Assembly: GCA_017853115.1 (NCBI GenBank)
Contig: JAFMKE010000001.1
Span: 1-63,347, forward strand
Length of the DNA: 63,347 nt
Direction: 5' to 3'
DNA from: Verrucomicrobiota bacterium
Lineage (GTDB): Bacteria; Bacteroidota; Bacteroidia; Chitinophagales; UBA8649
In this document: piece by piece, positions 37,882 through 47,530 of the stretch
Layout: each line of letters starts with the position of its first letter
Position numbering within the stretch: position 1 is the stretch's first letter
Notes under the pieces: generated by a model
Seen by the model: only the letters and a program-made list of their open reading frames with translations
What the model was told of the DNA's origin: nothing
Databases searched by the model: none
Position numbers and translations under genes: made by a program

Positions 37882-39693
37882 TCACGCATCATCTCCTCGT
37901 AAAAACCGGAAGCGCTTGCGCGCTTCAACGAGTAAAACACTATCACTGTAGTCGGTAATAATCAATTTGTAATATGCCATCGCTTGCTCAGGGAGCTTGA
38001 GGTAGTTTTGATAAATATCACCCAGCAGAAAAAGTGCGTTATCCGCTAAGATATCTTCACCATAGGATTCGATAATTAGTTTTAACTTGTTAATAGCTTC
38101 TTCAAACTTTTTATTCTCTATCAGAATATTAGCTTGTTTGAGGTATATATCATCGGTGAGTGCATGTCCCGGATAAGCAGTCAATATTTCGTCAAGTTTG
38201 GTCAAGGCTTGCTCATCTTTATTTTGGATATGCAATAAATCAGCAGCAGCAAACAACTGCATTGTACTTGTGATAGAGTCCAAACCAAGATTATCTAAAA
38301 TGAAGACGGATAGTTCTAAGGCATTATTTGCAATCAACTCGGTGGTTGCTCCTTTTAAGATACTTAACTGAGCTTGTGCCCATTCAAACTCGCCTTTGTA
38401 GTATGATAACTTAGCATTTCGAAACCGGGCATCTTCGCCGAGCGGACTATCTTTTTCCGCTTTATCAACCTGGGCGTAAAGCAAGGTTGCTTCCCAAACA
38501 TCACCGTAAAGAACGTAGTAGTCACCCAGTACTAGCTTTAGTTCGTTTTTTATTTTACTTTTAAGCCCTGGTAAGGCTATCGCTTCTTCCGTGAGTTGAA
38601 TTGCGGTATTAATATTATGAAGATAATAGGCTTCAAGAGCTGCCAACGCTTCAATGGATCGAACAGTTTCAACGGTTTTCCCATATTGATTCAAAAAGAT
38701 GGTATACTCTTCTTTTAATGTCAATAGATCATTTGTAGTGTAATTAAGGTTTTGCGTTATCTTTTGTTTACGAGCATCTATGGCGCCAGATTGAGCTAAC
38801 TGATAAAAACGATTTTCATCTCCTTTGGTCTGAATATATTCATAGGCATCGATAGCGGCATCAAACTGCTTTTGCTCAACTGCATTTGCTGCCAAATCAT
38901 AGATTCTCCAGCCATCCTCTTTGTTTCGTTTATCCAATGCTTTGGCTTGAATTAGGGCTTGTTCAAAATCTTCTTGGTGGGTGTAGAGCCAAATAAGAAG
39001 CTCATTAAACCCTATGTTGTTTGAGTTTTTTTGAACCAATGTATACAATTGAATTTCTAATTCTTCTTGAATACTGTCTTTGTCGAGGTAGTTGGCCAAT
39101 ATGCTTTGCACAGAATTTTTATACCAAGGATTATCAACGATGAGTTGTAAGTACGCTGATACCGCCTCTTTTGCTTTATTTTCCTGTAAATACACGTTTC
39201 CGAGCTCGAATCCGAACAAGGTTTTATCTTTTAGTATTTCCCTTCCTCTCAGGTAAGATGCTGCAGCATAATCCATTTGGCGAATACTAATAAATTTAGA
39301 TGCAGTATTTCGGATTTTATTTTCATCAGGACTGAGTTGCTTTAGTACTTCATCAAAAATTTCTTTTGCCGTTTTCGAATCATTGTTTTGAGAGTAGATA
39401 TAACCCCAATCAACTTGATAACTGAGTTCGTCTTTAAACTTTTTTATCTGCTTTTTGACTAATTTCTCGGCGTCATCGTATGCATTTAAGCGTAAGTATG
39501 AATTATACAGCGAAGTGTAGTAATAGGTGTTTCCTGGATTTTCTTTCCATAGCTCTTCGAAAAGAGCAGCGGCTTTTACATAGTCACCAGTTTGGTAATA
39601 TTGCTTTGCTAAAGCCTGTGTTTTATCAGGCTGCGCAAAAGAAGAAAAAGCCAGGATACTAAATAAGAGAAATAGATAAGTTTTCAATCGCAT
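37882..39693 (-). CDS. secreted tetratricopeptide-repeat protein
   Basis: Signal peptide 'LLFSILAFSSFAQ', then repeated A/Y/L TPR-like helices throughout its 603 aa. Confidence 0.75.
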   Translation of the reverse strand: MRLKTYLFLLFSILAFSSFAQPDKTQALAKQYYQTGDYVKAAALFEELWKENPGNTYYYTSLYNSYLRLNAYDDAEKLVKKQIKKFKDELSYQVDWGYIYSQNNDSKTAKEIFDEVLKQLSPDENKIRNTASKFISIRQMDYAAASYLRGREILKDKTLFGFELGNVYLQENKAKEAVSAYLQLIVDNPWYKNSVQSILANYLDKDSIQEELEIQLYTLVQKNSNNIGFNELLIWLYTHQEDFEQALIQAKALDKRNKEDGWRIYDLAANAVEQKQFDAAIDAYEYIQTKGDENRFYQLAQSGAIDARKQKITQNLNYTTNDLLTLKEEYTIFLNQYGKTVETVRSIEALAALEAYYLHNINTAIQLTEEAIALPGLKSKIKNELKLVLGDYYVLYGDVWEATLLYAQVDKAEKDSPLGEDARFRNAKLSYYKGEFEWAQAQLSILKGATTELIANNALELSVFILDNLGLDSITSTMQLFAAADLLHIQNKDEQALTKLDEILTAYPGHALTDDIYLKQANILIENKKFEEAINKLKLIIESYGEDILADNALFLLGDIYQNYLKLPEQAMAYYKLIITDYSDSVLLVEARKRFRFLRGDDA

Positions 39694-39790
39694 AAATATT
39701 ACAGTACTAAATTATCACTTTACAAGAACAAACTCGTTTTAGAACGAATGAGAAACTGTGAAATTATTCTAAAATGTGACCGTCGAGAAA

Positions 39791-39822
39791 TAAAAAGCCC
39801 CATCGCAAGAGGGATGGGGCTT
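39791..39822 (-). terminator. rho-independent terminator of the tonB-like gene (minus strand)
   Basis: On the minus strand, AAGCCCCATC cctcttgc GATGGGGCTT is followed by 'tttttattt'. Confidence 0.8.
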
Positions 39823-39841
39823 AAACAATTATTTCATAATC

Positions 39842-40687
39842 TTACCCTATCTTAAAGTTGATTGGGATGATGTATTGAACAGGAACAGCTTTACCACGTT
39901 GTTTACCTGGAGTAAACTTTGGCATTGTTTTCACTAGTTTCAGTGCTGCATTGTCTAATAAGCTATCAGCACCTTTAGCAATCGTAACATCGGTTACTTC
40001 ACCCTTTGGATTCACTACAAATCGAACGAAGACCTTACCCTCAATGTCATTTTCCAAGGCCATTGGCGGATATACGATGTTTTTCGCAATGAACTTCTGA
40101 ATCTCGGTGTTTGTGCAAGTGGTAGCTTCGTTTCCAGATAAGTTTTCGCATCCCTTGAACTTCGGCATATCTTCAACGATGGTGAAGATTTCTTGCTCAA
40201 CAACAACCTCTTCTTCTATTATATCAGGAACTTCAATAATTTCATCTTCCTCGATTTCGATGTCCTCGATTTCTGGCTCATCTTCCAATATCTCGTCATC
40301 TTCAACCACTTGGATTTCTGGTGGAGGTGGAGGTGGTGGTGGTGGCTTCACTTGCTCCGTTTGCGGCGCTTCAATTTCTAATTCGTCATCAATGGCTTCC
40401 ATCACGAACTCTTCGACTTGTTGAGGCTTGTCTCTCCAGGTTAAAGCGTAGATAGAAGAAGAAAAGGCAACGATCGCACCAAAGGCCAAAAGCACTGTTC
40501 TTACCTTGGATAAATCCGCTTCAGCATATTTTTTTACGAATACCGATTTCGACTCTTCCGAACCTTGGTATTTAGATACGATTTGGTCGGTGTTTTTTCC
40601 TCCAGAAAGCAGATAATGCGAGATGGCGTAACCCGCTACACTGAGACCAACTACAATCAATAGTAATATTCCCGCTAGTTGTAACAT
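39842..40687 (-). CDS. tonB: energy transducer TonB
   Basis: N-terminal TM anchor, a Pro9 tract plus an acidic E/D/I linker, and a C-terminal TonB_C domain ('YPPMALENDIEGKVFVRFVV...GEVTDV'). Confidence 0.88.
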   Translation of the reverse strand: MLQLAGILLLIVVGLSVAGYAISHYLLSGGKNTDQIVSKYQGSEESKSVFVKKYAEADLSKVRTVLLAFGAIVAFSSSIYALTWRDKPQQVEEFVMEAIDDELEIEAPQTEQVKPPPPPPPPPEIQVVEDDEILEDEPEIEDIEIEEDEIIEVPDIIEEEVVVEQEIFTIVEDMPKFKGCENLSGNEATTCTNTEIQKFIAKNIVYPPMALENDIEGKVFVRFVVNPKGEVTDVTIAKGADSLLDNAALKLVKTMPKFTPGKQRGKAVPVQYIIPINFKIG

Positions 40688-40706
40688 TGTGTTTAAAATT
40701 GTGTGG

Positions 40707-41096
40707 TTAAAGATATTTATTTACTACAATATAAGCAAATATCGCCCCTGTTCCATTTGCGAATATATCAAAAACATCAAACATTCTACTCGATGTAAAA
40801 TAATATTGCGAACATTCGACAATAAATCCATATAAAAATGACATCAGGCATGCTAAACCTATTGCATTGGCTAACTTTTGATTAAAAAAACCTTTGTGGA
40901 TAAAGTAAGCCAAAATAGCATACATGCTGAAGTGAACCAGCTTATCTGCTTGTAGCAATGGTGCCTCAGGTAATTCTGCCTTGGGTAACAACGATACATA
41001 CATAATGCCTATCAAAAGAACAATCGCAAAACTTGCATATATAGGATGAATTTTAACGTTGAATTCCATAAATCTAGTACAATAAAAAAATAGCAT
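40707..41096 (-). CDS. VanZ-family membrane protein
   Basis: Small 4-TM protein containing 'DKLVHFSMYAILA'. An alternative start at 41069 ('MEFNV') is possible. Confidence 0.7.
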   Translation of the reverse strand: MLFFYCTRFMEFNVKIHPIYASFAIVLLIGIMYVSLLPKAELPEAPLLQADKLVHFSMYAILAYFIHKGFFNQKLANAIGLACLMSFLYGFIVECSQYYFTSSRMFDVFDIFANGTGAIFAYIVVNKYL

Positions 41097-41162
41097 TATT
41101 ATTTGAGCGCATGTTTACTACCTTTACTTGGTATTCAATCAAAAAGTAAAAATAGGCGAAAG

Positions 41163-41738
41163 ATGGCGAAAATCGGATTGTTTTTTGGTTCATTTAACCC
41201 CATTCACATTGGACACCTTTTTATAGCCAATCATATAGCAGATCACGGATCAGTAGACGAAGTATGGTTTGTAGTTTCACCTCAAAACCCCTTTAAGAAA
41301 GCGAAGAACTTATTGCCCGAGTATAATCGCCTCCACTTGGTAAATCTCGCTATCGATGATAACCCAAAACTAAGGGCGAAGGATGTAGAGTTTCACTTGC
41401 CTCGACCTTCATACACGATTGATACCCTAGTCTATCTTGAAGAAAAATACCCTTCTTTTGAGTTTTCTTTAATTTTAGGAGGAGATAATCTACCTACTTT
41501 ACATAAATGGAAAAATGGGGACATACTCTTGGATAAGTACACCATTTATGTATATCAACGACCAGGAACAACGATAAGCCAGGCGTTTAATCGAAATAAT
41601 ATCAAGTTAATGGATTGCCCACAAGTTTATTTATCTGCCTCATACATTCGCCAGCAAATAAAGCTAGGGAAAAGTATAAAGTACCTGGTGCCTGATGCTG
41701 TAGAACAATATATTCTGGATTCGGGTTGGTATAAGTGA
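41163..41738 (+). CDS. nadD: nicotinate-nucleotide adenylyltransferase
   Basis: The ATG at 41163 gives 'MAKIGLFFGSFNPIHIGH' (HxGH motif), and a late 'SASYIR' (ISST-like) motif follows. The track ORF starts at 41103. Confidence 0.92.
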   Translation: MAKIGLFFGSFNPIHIGHLFIANHIADHGSVDEVWFVVSPQNPFKKAKNLLPEYNRLHLVNLAIDDNPKLRAKDVEFHLPRPSYTIDTLVYLEEKYPSFEFSLILGGDNLPTLHKWKNGDILLDKYTIYVYQRPGTTISQAFNRNNIKLMDCPQVYLSASYIRQQIKLGKSIKYLVPDAVEQYILDSGWYK

Positions 41739-41820
41739 AACTCAAAGGGCTAATCGATGGTTTATCGTATGACAAATAGTTTCATTAAAATCCACTCTTA
41801 CCACTACAAAACAAAGAAAT

Positions 41821-42963
41821 ATGATGAAAATTGGTATTGTTTGCTACCCAACATACGGCGGTAGTGGGGTTGTTGCCACCGAATTGGGAAAAGCACTTGC
41901 CAAGGAAGGTCATATGGTACATTTCATCACTTATATGCGTCCGCCGAGGCTCGATGTTTTTCAACCCAATGTATTTTTTCATGAAGTGAGTTTTCAAAAT
42001 TATGCCCTTTTCGAATACCCCCCGTACGAAACGGCATTAGCTTCGAACTTGGTGGATATTGTTAAGTATCAAAAGTTGGATTTATTGCATGTTCATTATG
42101 CTATTCCGCATGCCTCTGCAGCGTTTATAGCGAAGCAAATTTTAAAAGAGCAAGGGATACATATACCTGTTATTACGACTCTTCATGGTACAGATATAAC
42201 GCTGGTAGGTAAAGCACCAGCGTATCGAAGTGTAGTGGCTTTCTCAATCAATCAGTCTGACGGTATTACTACCGTATCAGAAAGTCTGAAGAAAGACACC
42301 TGTACCAATTTCGATATTCAAAAGGATATAACGGTTATTCCCAATTTTATCGATTTTACCCGATTTACTAAATTAGACAAGGAGCATTTTAAAAAGGCAA
42401 TTGCACCGAATAACGAGAAAGTCTTAATTCACACCTCAAACTTCAGAAAGGTAAAACGGGTAGAGGATACTATCAAAATTTTCAAACGAGTGCGTGAAAA
42501 AGTAAATAGTAAGCTTTTATTGGTTGGCGATGGACCGGAAAGGGCTGTTGTTGAAGAGTTGGCAAGATTACTAGCTGTTGAAAAAGATGTTTTGTTTTTA
42601 GGTAAGCAAGATGCAGTAGAGGAATTACTGGCTATTGCAGATTTATATTTAATGCCTTCAGAAAGTGAAAGTTTTGGACTAGCCGCTCTTGAAGCTATGG
42701 CTTGCGAAGTGCCAGTTATCTCCAGTAATACCGGCGGGATTCCAGAGATTAATATTGAAGGAGCAACTGGATTCTTAAGTGAGGTGGGCGATGTTGAAGA
42801 AATGGCTGAAAATGCCATTAAGATTTTAGTTGATGAACAAACCTTGTCGAAATTCAAGTCTAATGCGCTCAATCAAGCTAAACGCTTTGATATTCAAAAG
42901 GTCTTACCTCAATATGAGAGCTACTACGAGGAGGTTTTAGCTAGTCATAATCAATCGAGATAA
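41821..42963 (+). CDS. bshA: N-acetyl-alpha-D-glucosaminyl L-malate synthase (bacillithiol biosynthesis GT4)
   Basis: 'MKIGIVCYPTYGGSGVVATELGKALAKEGH.VHFI' and 'PSESESFGLAALEAMACEVPVISSNTGGIPE' are characteristic of BshA. Confidence 0.85.
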   Translation: MMKIGIVCYPTYGGSGVVATELGKALAKEGHMVHFITYMRPPRLDVFQPNVFFHEVSFQNYALFEYPPYETALASNLVDIVKYQKLDLLHVHYAIPHASAAFIAKQILKEQGIHIPVITTLHGTDITLVGKAPAYRSVVAFSINQSDGITTVSESLKKDTCTNFDIQKDITVIPNFIDFTRFTKLDKEHFKKAIAPNNEKVLIHTSNFRKVKRVEDTIKIFKRVREKVNSKLLLVGDGPERAVVEELARLLAVEKDVLFLGKQDAVEELLAIADLYLMPSESESFGLAALEAMACEVPVISSNTGGIPEINIEGATGFLSEVGDVEEMAENAIKILVDEQTLSKFKSNALNQAKRFDIQKVLPQYESYYEEVLASHNQSR

Positions 42964-42964
42964 C

Positions 42965-43528
42965 TTATCTCAATTGTTCAATTTCATCGCCTTTGATTGA
43001 AAAGATTGATGAGGCGCTTGCCTCGTTTTTATCATTCTGCTTGTATTCGACGATATAATCCACCCGATCCTTAATAATGGCTGATACATCTTCAAATTTC
43101 GGAGCACTGGCCTCTCCGCTGAGATTAGCTGAGGTAGATATAATTGGAAAGCCTAACTCAGTGATCAGTCGATTGCAAAATTCTTCTTTTACAATTCGAA
43201 TAGCAACACTTCCATTAGCAGCCATAGCCAAAGGGGCTAAATTTTTGCCGCTTGGATAAATAATGCTGGTTGGTTGGCTTGCTTTATGAAGTAAGTCTAT
43301 GGCAAGCTTTGGAATTTCATTGACATAATTCGCCAGCATAGTTTCGTCACTTACCAAAACAATCATGCTCTTGTTTTCAGGACGGTTTTTAATGTCGAAT
43401 ACGCGAACAAGTGCCCGATTATCTCTTGCATCGGCACTTAGACCCCATATTGTATCTGTAGGACATAAGATAACTCCCCCATTTAAAATGCTTGTTTTGG
43501 CTCGCGCTATATCGTTAGGATGAATCAT
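42965..43528 (-). CDS. tsaC: L-threonylcarbamoyladenylate synthase (YrdC/TsaC type)
   Basis: 187 aa with 'ILCPTDTIWGLSADA' and 'ISTSANLSGE'. Confidence 0.88.
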   Translation of the reverse strand: MIHPNDIARAKTSILNGGVILCPTDTIWGLSADARDNRALVRVFDIKNRPENKSMIVLVSDETMLANYVNEIPKLAIDLLHKASQPTSIIYPSGKNLAPLAMAANGSVAIRIVKEEFCNRLITELGFPIISTSANLSGEASAPKFEDVSAIIKDRVDYIVEYKQNDKNEASASSIFSIKGDEIEQLR

Positions 43529-44628
43529 AAATTTTCGTAAATAGCCAGTACTTCCCTTGCAAATTTTTCTTTTGAAAACATCAAGGATCGCTGATGTGCT
43601 TTTTTAACCAAATCTTCTGGATATTGTTCCAAGAAGCTCAATATTTTGCTGCTTATACTATTCACATCATTGGGGTTAATCAATGCATCTTTTTGTTGAA
43701 TAATTTCCTCCATACTTGTACCAGCTGAGGTGATAACTGGTATTTGACTTGCCATGGCCTCGAGCACAGGAATTCCAAAACCTTCAACAAAAGAAGGATA
43801 AATAAAGATTTCTGCGCCTTGATAGATTGCTGGAAGGTCAGCTGTTGATGCTTGGTCGATTATTTGTACTTCAACCTTTTTATCTAGAGCCAAAGCCAAT
43901 AGTTCATCCAAATAGTGCGTCCCTTGTCCAAGCAAAACAATCGGAAGTCTTTTTTTAAAGTCTATTTGAGCCATTGCCTCAACAATAGACTTTTGATTTT
44001 TTCTTCCTTGAATTGTTCCGACACTTAACACATACTTGTCAGGTAATTGATACTTGGTTTTTATTTTTCCAATATACGCTTTGTCTAACTGCTGGTAAAA
44101 TGAACTGTCACAACACTGATAAACAACCTCTATTTTGCTTTCAGGGATCTTTAACAATTCGATGATATCCCTTTTTGTAGCCATGGAAGTGGCAATAATT
44201 TTTGTACTCACCTGAGCTGCGCGTAAACTTTTAAACCAGAAAACTCGACGATCTAACCAAGAGTAATCTTTTGGGTATCGCACAAAACATAAGTCGTGGA
44301 TATCTACAATGGTCTTAATATCCATTTTTTCTATTCCCCATGGCAACTCATTACTCAAGCCATGATATATGTCAAGATTTAATGCTTGCAAACTATTTTT
44401 AATACTGAATGTTCGCCAGTAATAACTTGAAAATCCCTTTTTTTCAAGGAAATTGAAGTTGTTTGGCAATGTCTTGTAGTCGACTAATTTATCACTTAAA
44501 GAAGGCGTAAAAAGGGTATATAGATTCTTCGAAGAAAGCTGAGATAGCCCTGCTACCAGGTTTCGCCCGTAAACACCTAAGCCCGTTGGATTAGAAAAGA
44601 TTCGTTTGGCATCTATACCAATTCTCAT
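43525..44628 (-). CDS. glycosyltransferase family 4 (GT-B)
   Basis: C-terminal 'FIYPSFVEGFGIPVLEAMASQIPVITS' EX7E-type motif. It overlaps its neighbours by 4 nt on both sides. Confidence 0.85.
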   Translation of the reverse strand: MRIGIDAKRIFSNPTGLGVYGRNLVAGLSQLSSKNLYTLFTPSLSDKLVDYKTLPNNFNFLEKKGFSSYYWRTFSIKNSLQALNLDIYHGLSNELPWGIEKMDIKTIVDIHDLCFVRYPKDYSWLDRRVFWFKSLRAAQVSTKIIATSMATKRDIIELLKIPESKIEVVYQCCDSSFYQQLDKAYIGKIKTKYQLPDKYVLSVGTIQGRKNQKSIVEAMAQIDFKKRLPIVLLGQGTHYLDELLALALDKKVEVQIIDQASTADLPAIYQGAEIFIYPSFVEGFGIPVLEAMASQIPVITSAGTSMEEIIQQKDALINPNDVNSISSKILSFLEQYPEDLVKKAHQRSLMFSKEKFAREVLAIYENL

Positions 44629-45380
44629 TGATTAAGTTTGTTGAGGTGTTTGTATTTCCAATACGTCTCCTTGGCACTTATCAAGGCAATTTGAAAACCA
44701 AGCCTGCCGTCCAAAAATCCTTGATAAAGTATATAATCCATGAAAAAACGAAAAACTGGATTAGCAAACCGTTTCACCACGCTTGATTTTTTTCCTTGCT
44801 TGAACAATTTCTCAGCACCGATTTGAGCGTAATGGCTTGCCTTTTTTAAGTGCATTTCTCTACTGTTCATTGAAAAGTGAAGTATATAATTTTTTAAAGA
44901 TACAATTTCAGCATCGCCAATAGTTAAACCTTCATGGACGCCATCCCTGTTCCAAGATACTTTGGATCGTTGAAAGAGCCTCACGTGCCGTTCGTTTCGC
45001 CATCTACCATGGCGTATAATTTTTCCGCAATAATAATTGGTAAATGGAATGCTGTATAATTTACCCTCCTCCAAGTGTAAATGCTTGAGTTCTTCTATGA
45101 GTTGATCGCTTAAAACTTCATCAGAATCTATAGATAATATCCAATCATTTACTGCCTGATCATTGCCAAAGTTCTTTTGAGTACCATAGCCAAGCCAGTC
45201 TTTCGTGTATATGCTGGTTTGATACTGCTGCGCTATTGATAGAGTTCGGTCACTACTCCCACTATCCACAAGTATAATGTCATCACTGACCTTTTTTACC
45301 TGTTTTAACACCTCTTCCAACTTGCGTTCGGCATTGTAGGTGATTATAACCACAGAAAGTTTATTCATCTTTTGATTCAT
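44625..45380 (-). CDS. glycosyltransferase family 2
   Basis: 'LSVVIITYNAE', 'DDIILVDSGSSD' and 'ILSIDSDE' (DxD) motifs. Confidence 0.85.
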   Translation of the reverse strand: MNQKMNKLSVVIITYNAERKLEEVLKQVKKVSDDIILVDSGSSDRTLSIAQQYQTSIYTKDWLGYGTQKNFGNDQAVNDWILSIDSDEVLSDQLIEELKHLHLEEGKLYSIPFTNYYCGKIIRHGRWRNERHVRLFQRSKVSWNRDGVHEGLTIGDAEIVSLKNYILHFSMNSREMHLKKASHYAQIGAEKLFKQGKKSSVVKRFANPVFRFFMDYILYQGFLDGRLGFQIALISAKETYWKYKHLNKLNQ

Positions 45381-46587
45381 TTAAAAGCAATGAGCTAAAG
45401 ATTAAATAAAATGACATACCTATTTGCGACTCCATCGTATTTTCTACCAGGCAGGAAGCCATGACAATAACATTGAGAAAAATAAATATTGGATATTCTT
45501 TCAAGCTAACTAGCAATACGGGTACTATAAAAAGTGAAAGAATGAATAGTATTCCCATAACACCCATTTCAACTCCTGAATAGAGAAATTGATTGTGGGG
45601 CACCTTTTGGTTGTGTTCTTCAACCTGCGGGTAATGTACTTGATAAAATGTTTTACTCACTGCTTCAACTTGCCCTATACCATATCCACTTAGTGCTTTT
45701 TCTTTTATCAAATCTTTTGCTACGAGCAAGGATCGCCAGCGTCGGCCATCCGAATTGTGACCAATATCTCCAGTTTGAATCTGTTGGAGGTCATATCGCA
45801 TGTATGATATCTTGTTTTGTAAACTCGGCAGAGAGAAATAGGCAATAGCCAAAATAAAGAATAGTAAAATTGTTCCAATAGGAATAATCCACCATTTGCC
45901 GTAAATGAAGGTCAAATAAACAACCATTACTCCTATGCTTAGATAGAGGCATAGGATGCCGCTCCGCACACTTAAAATATGAAGCAAAATAATTAAGAAT
46001 AACCCAGTGATACTAAAAAAAGTCCGATCCCATGGACTAAGATGAGTATTGTTACGAATAGCAAAATACATACTGCTTGCCCCACCGAAAGCAAGCATTA
46101 AGCTGTAACGAATATGATTGAGGGGTGTAGGAATGTTTTTTGCCAGTCTTAACTGTTCGTTATAGAACTCATAATGCAGTAGGTAATTACCTAAAACAAT
46201 TATGCCGCTAACAGATAGAATTAAAACAAAATAAGCCAGCACAATTTGAATCAATCGGGTGTCAAGATTTCTTATCGCAGCTATGGACATAGGAATCACT
46301 AGCCATGGCAATCTGTAATACAATTGATTCAAGCCAGTTGCAAAGTCTGGCGATAAGAAAAGAAAAAGTATAGTGCCAGTAAAAATTAAAGCTGGAACTA
46401 AGGCGGCTATTTTTTTTGATGAGAAAAAATGCCATTCATGCTCTTTGTAGGAAAGCAGTAGGTTAACTGCAAGTAAACCAGTACTAATGCTAATAAGAGC
46501 TCGGGAGGATACTAAACCTAAGATTACGAGCATCACAAGCAAAATTGTTCGGTTAGAATAATATTTCAAACTGACAATATGGCTCAT
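45361..46587 (-). CDS. O-antigen ligase / Wzy_C-family membrane protein
   Basis: Polytopic membrane protein of about 10-12 TM helices, with a periplasmic loop 'GYGIGQ...HNQFL' typical of the Wzy_C domain. Confidence 0.75.
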   Translation of the reverse strand: MSHIVSLKYYSNRTILLVMLVILGLVSSRALISISTGLLAVNLLLSYKEHEWHFFSSKKIAALVPALIFTGTILFLFLSPDFATGLNQLYYRLPWLVIPMSIAAIRNLDTRLIQIVLAYFVLILSVSGIIVLGNYLLHYEFYNEQLRLAKNIPTPLNHIRYSLMLAFGGASSMYFAIRNNTHLSPWDRTFFSITGLFLIILLHILSVRSGILCLYLSIGVMVVYLTFIYGKWWIIPIGTILLFFILAIAYFSLPSLQNKISYMRYDLQQIQTGDIGHNSDGRRWRSLLVAKDLIKEKALSGYGIGQVEAVSKTFYQVHYPQVEEHNQKVPHNQFLYSGVEMGVMGILFILSLFIVPVLLVSLKEYPIFIFLNVIVMASCLVENTMESQIGMSFYLIFSSLLLNESKDE

Positions 46588-46595
46588 TCTTTGGT

Positions 46596-47213
46596 TTGGT
46601 GTATTTTTTGAACGTTGGATATTACATTATATTTAAAGCGGTGAGTAAAGATAAATTAACGAAGCTAGAAAAAGATAAAATTTTTAATGGGGAACTCATT
46701 CCTCAGGCTGATGCTTTGTATAATTTTGCTTACTCATTGGTTTTTGAGGAAGCACGAGCGCAGGACTTGGTGCAAGAGGCTTACTTGAAAGCCTACCGTT
46801 TTATTCATTCTTTTGAACCGGGAAGTAATGCGAAAGCTTGGCTTTTTCAAATCTTGAAAAATGCCTTCATCAATGAATACCGTAAGAAAAGTAGGCAACC
46901 GCAAAAAGTTGATTTTGAAGATTTTAAGGATAAAAATCAGCTAGAAAAACAATCTATTAGCATTGATATTGAACAAGATGTATATACACATATGATTGGT
47001 GACGAAATTACTTCAGCACTCAATAGTCTGCCAGTAGATTTCAGGGTGGCAATCATTTTGTCAGATATTGAAGGGTTTACTTATGAAGAGATTGCCAAGA
47101 TTACAGATATTCCAATCGGTACAGTTCGGTCGAGGTTGTTTCGTGCAAGAAACTTAATGAAAGAGCAATTGCGGGAATACGCTAAAGAGAAAGGGTTTAA
47201 AGAGTTGAGGTAA
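46596..47213 (+). CDS. ECF-type RNA polymerase sigma-70 factor
   Basis: Region 2 'DLVQEAYLKAYRFIHSF...KAWLFQILKNAFINEYRK' and region 4 'ILSDIEGFTYEEIAKITDIPIGTVRSRLFRAR'. The track start is a TTG at 46596, and a GTG at 46641 is an equally plausible start. Confidence 0.88.
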   Translation: MVYFLNVGYYIIFKAVSKDKLTKLEKDKIFNGELIPQADALYNFAYSLVFEEARAQDLVQEAYLKAYRFIHSFEPGSNAKAWLFQILKNAFINEYRKKSRQPQKVDFEDFKDKNQLEKQSISIDIEQDVYTHMIGDEITSALNSLPVDFRVAIILSDIEGFTYEEIAKITDIPIGTVRSRLFRARNLMKEQLREYAKEKGFKELR

Positions 47214-47281
47214 AATTAGGATTGGAACTCTTTTCGTATTAGTGCGGTTTTTTTAATAAATTAACAGTTGTAGCAAATCAA

Positions 47282-47530
47282 ATGAGGAAAAGTCATAATT
47301 GCAAAGACGTAGTTTCGCAGTTCAATTTAATGTTGGATGGCGAGTTAAATCCCAAAGAGGAGCAAAACATGATGTGTGAGCTACAACGTTGTATGCACTG
47401 TCTGCAAGAGTATAATTTGGAGGAGAAGTATCGAAAGTTTATTCAGGAACGGGTTCAAAAGAAGTCCTGTCCCTCTTCTTTTCTTTCTAGCTTAAAGAAT
47501 AAATTTGAACAATCAAAAGATATAGATTAG
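47282..47530 (+). CDS. small soluble zinc-finger (ZAS, RsrA-like) anti-sigma factor
   Basis: 82 aa reading 'C7KDVVSQFNLMLDGELNPKEE....C32ELQRC37MHC40LQEY', which matches the zf-HC2 layout. It has no TM segment and follows the ECF sigma gene by 68 nt. Confidence 0.7.
   Translation: MRKSHNCKDVVSQFNLMLDGELNPKEEQNMMCELQRCMHCLQEYNLEEKYRKFIQERVQKKSCPSSFLSSLKNKFEQSKDID

Noticed and set aside
40320-40346. (GGN)9 tract encoding Pro9 in tonB, considered as a slipped-strand phase-variation site
   Set aside because: The triplets are a mix of GGT and GGA, and any slippage would stay in frame. Pro-rich linkers are normal for TonB.
40107-40424. 105-aa and 62-aa ORFs antisense to the tonB linker
   Set aside because: They are translations of the repetitive Pro/Glu-coding region on the wrong strand (poly-Ser/Gly/Trp), with no independent support.
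42429-42872. 147-aa ORF antisense to bshA
   Set aside because: It is Ser/Thr/Ala-rich low-complexity translation lying entirely inside a well-supported gene on the other strand. This is a typical shadow ORF.
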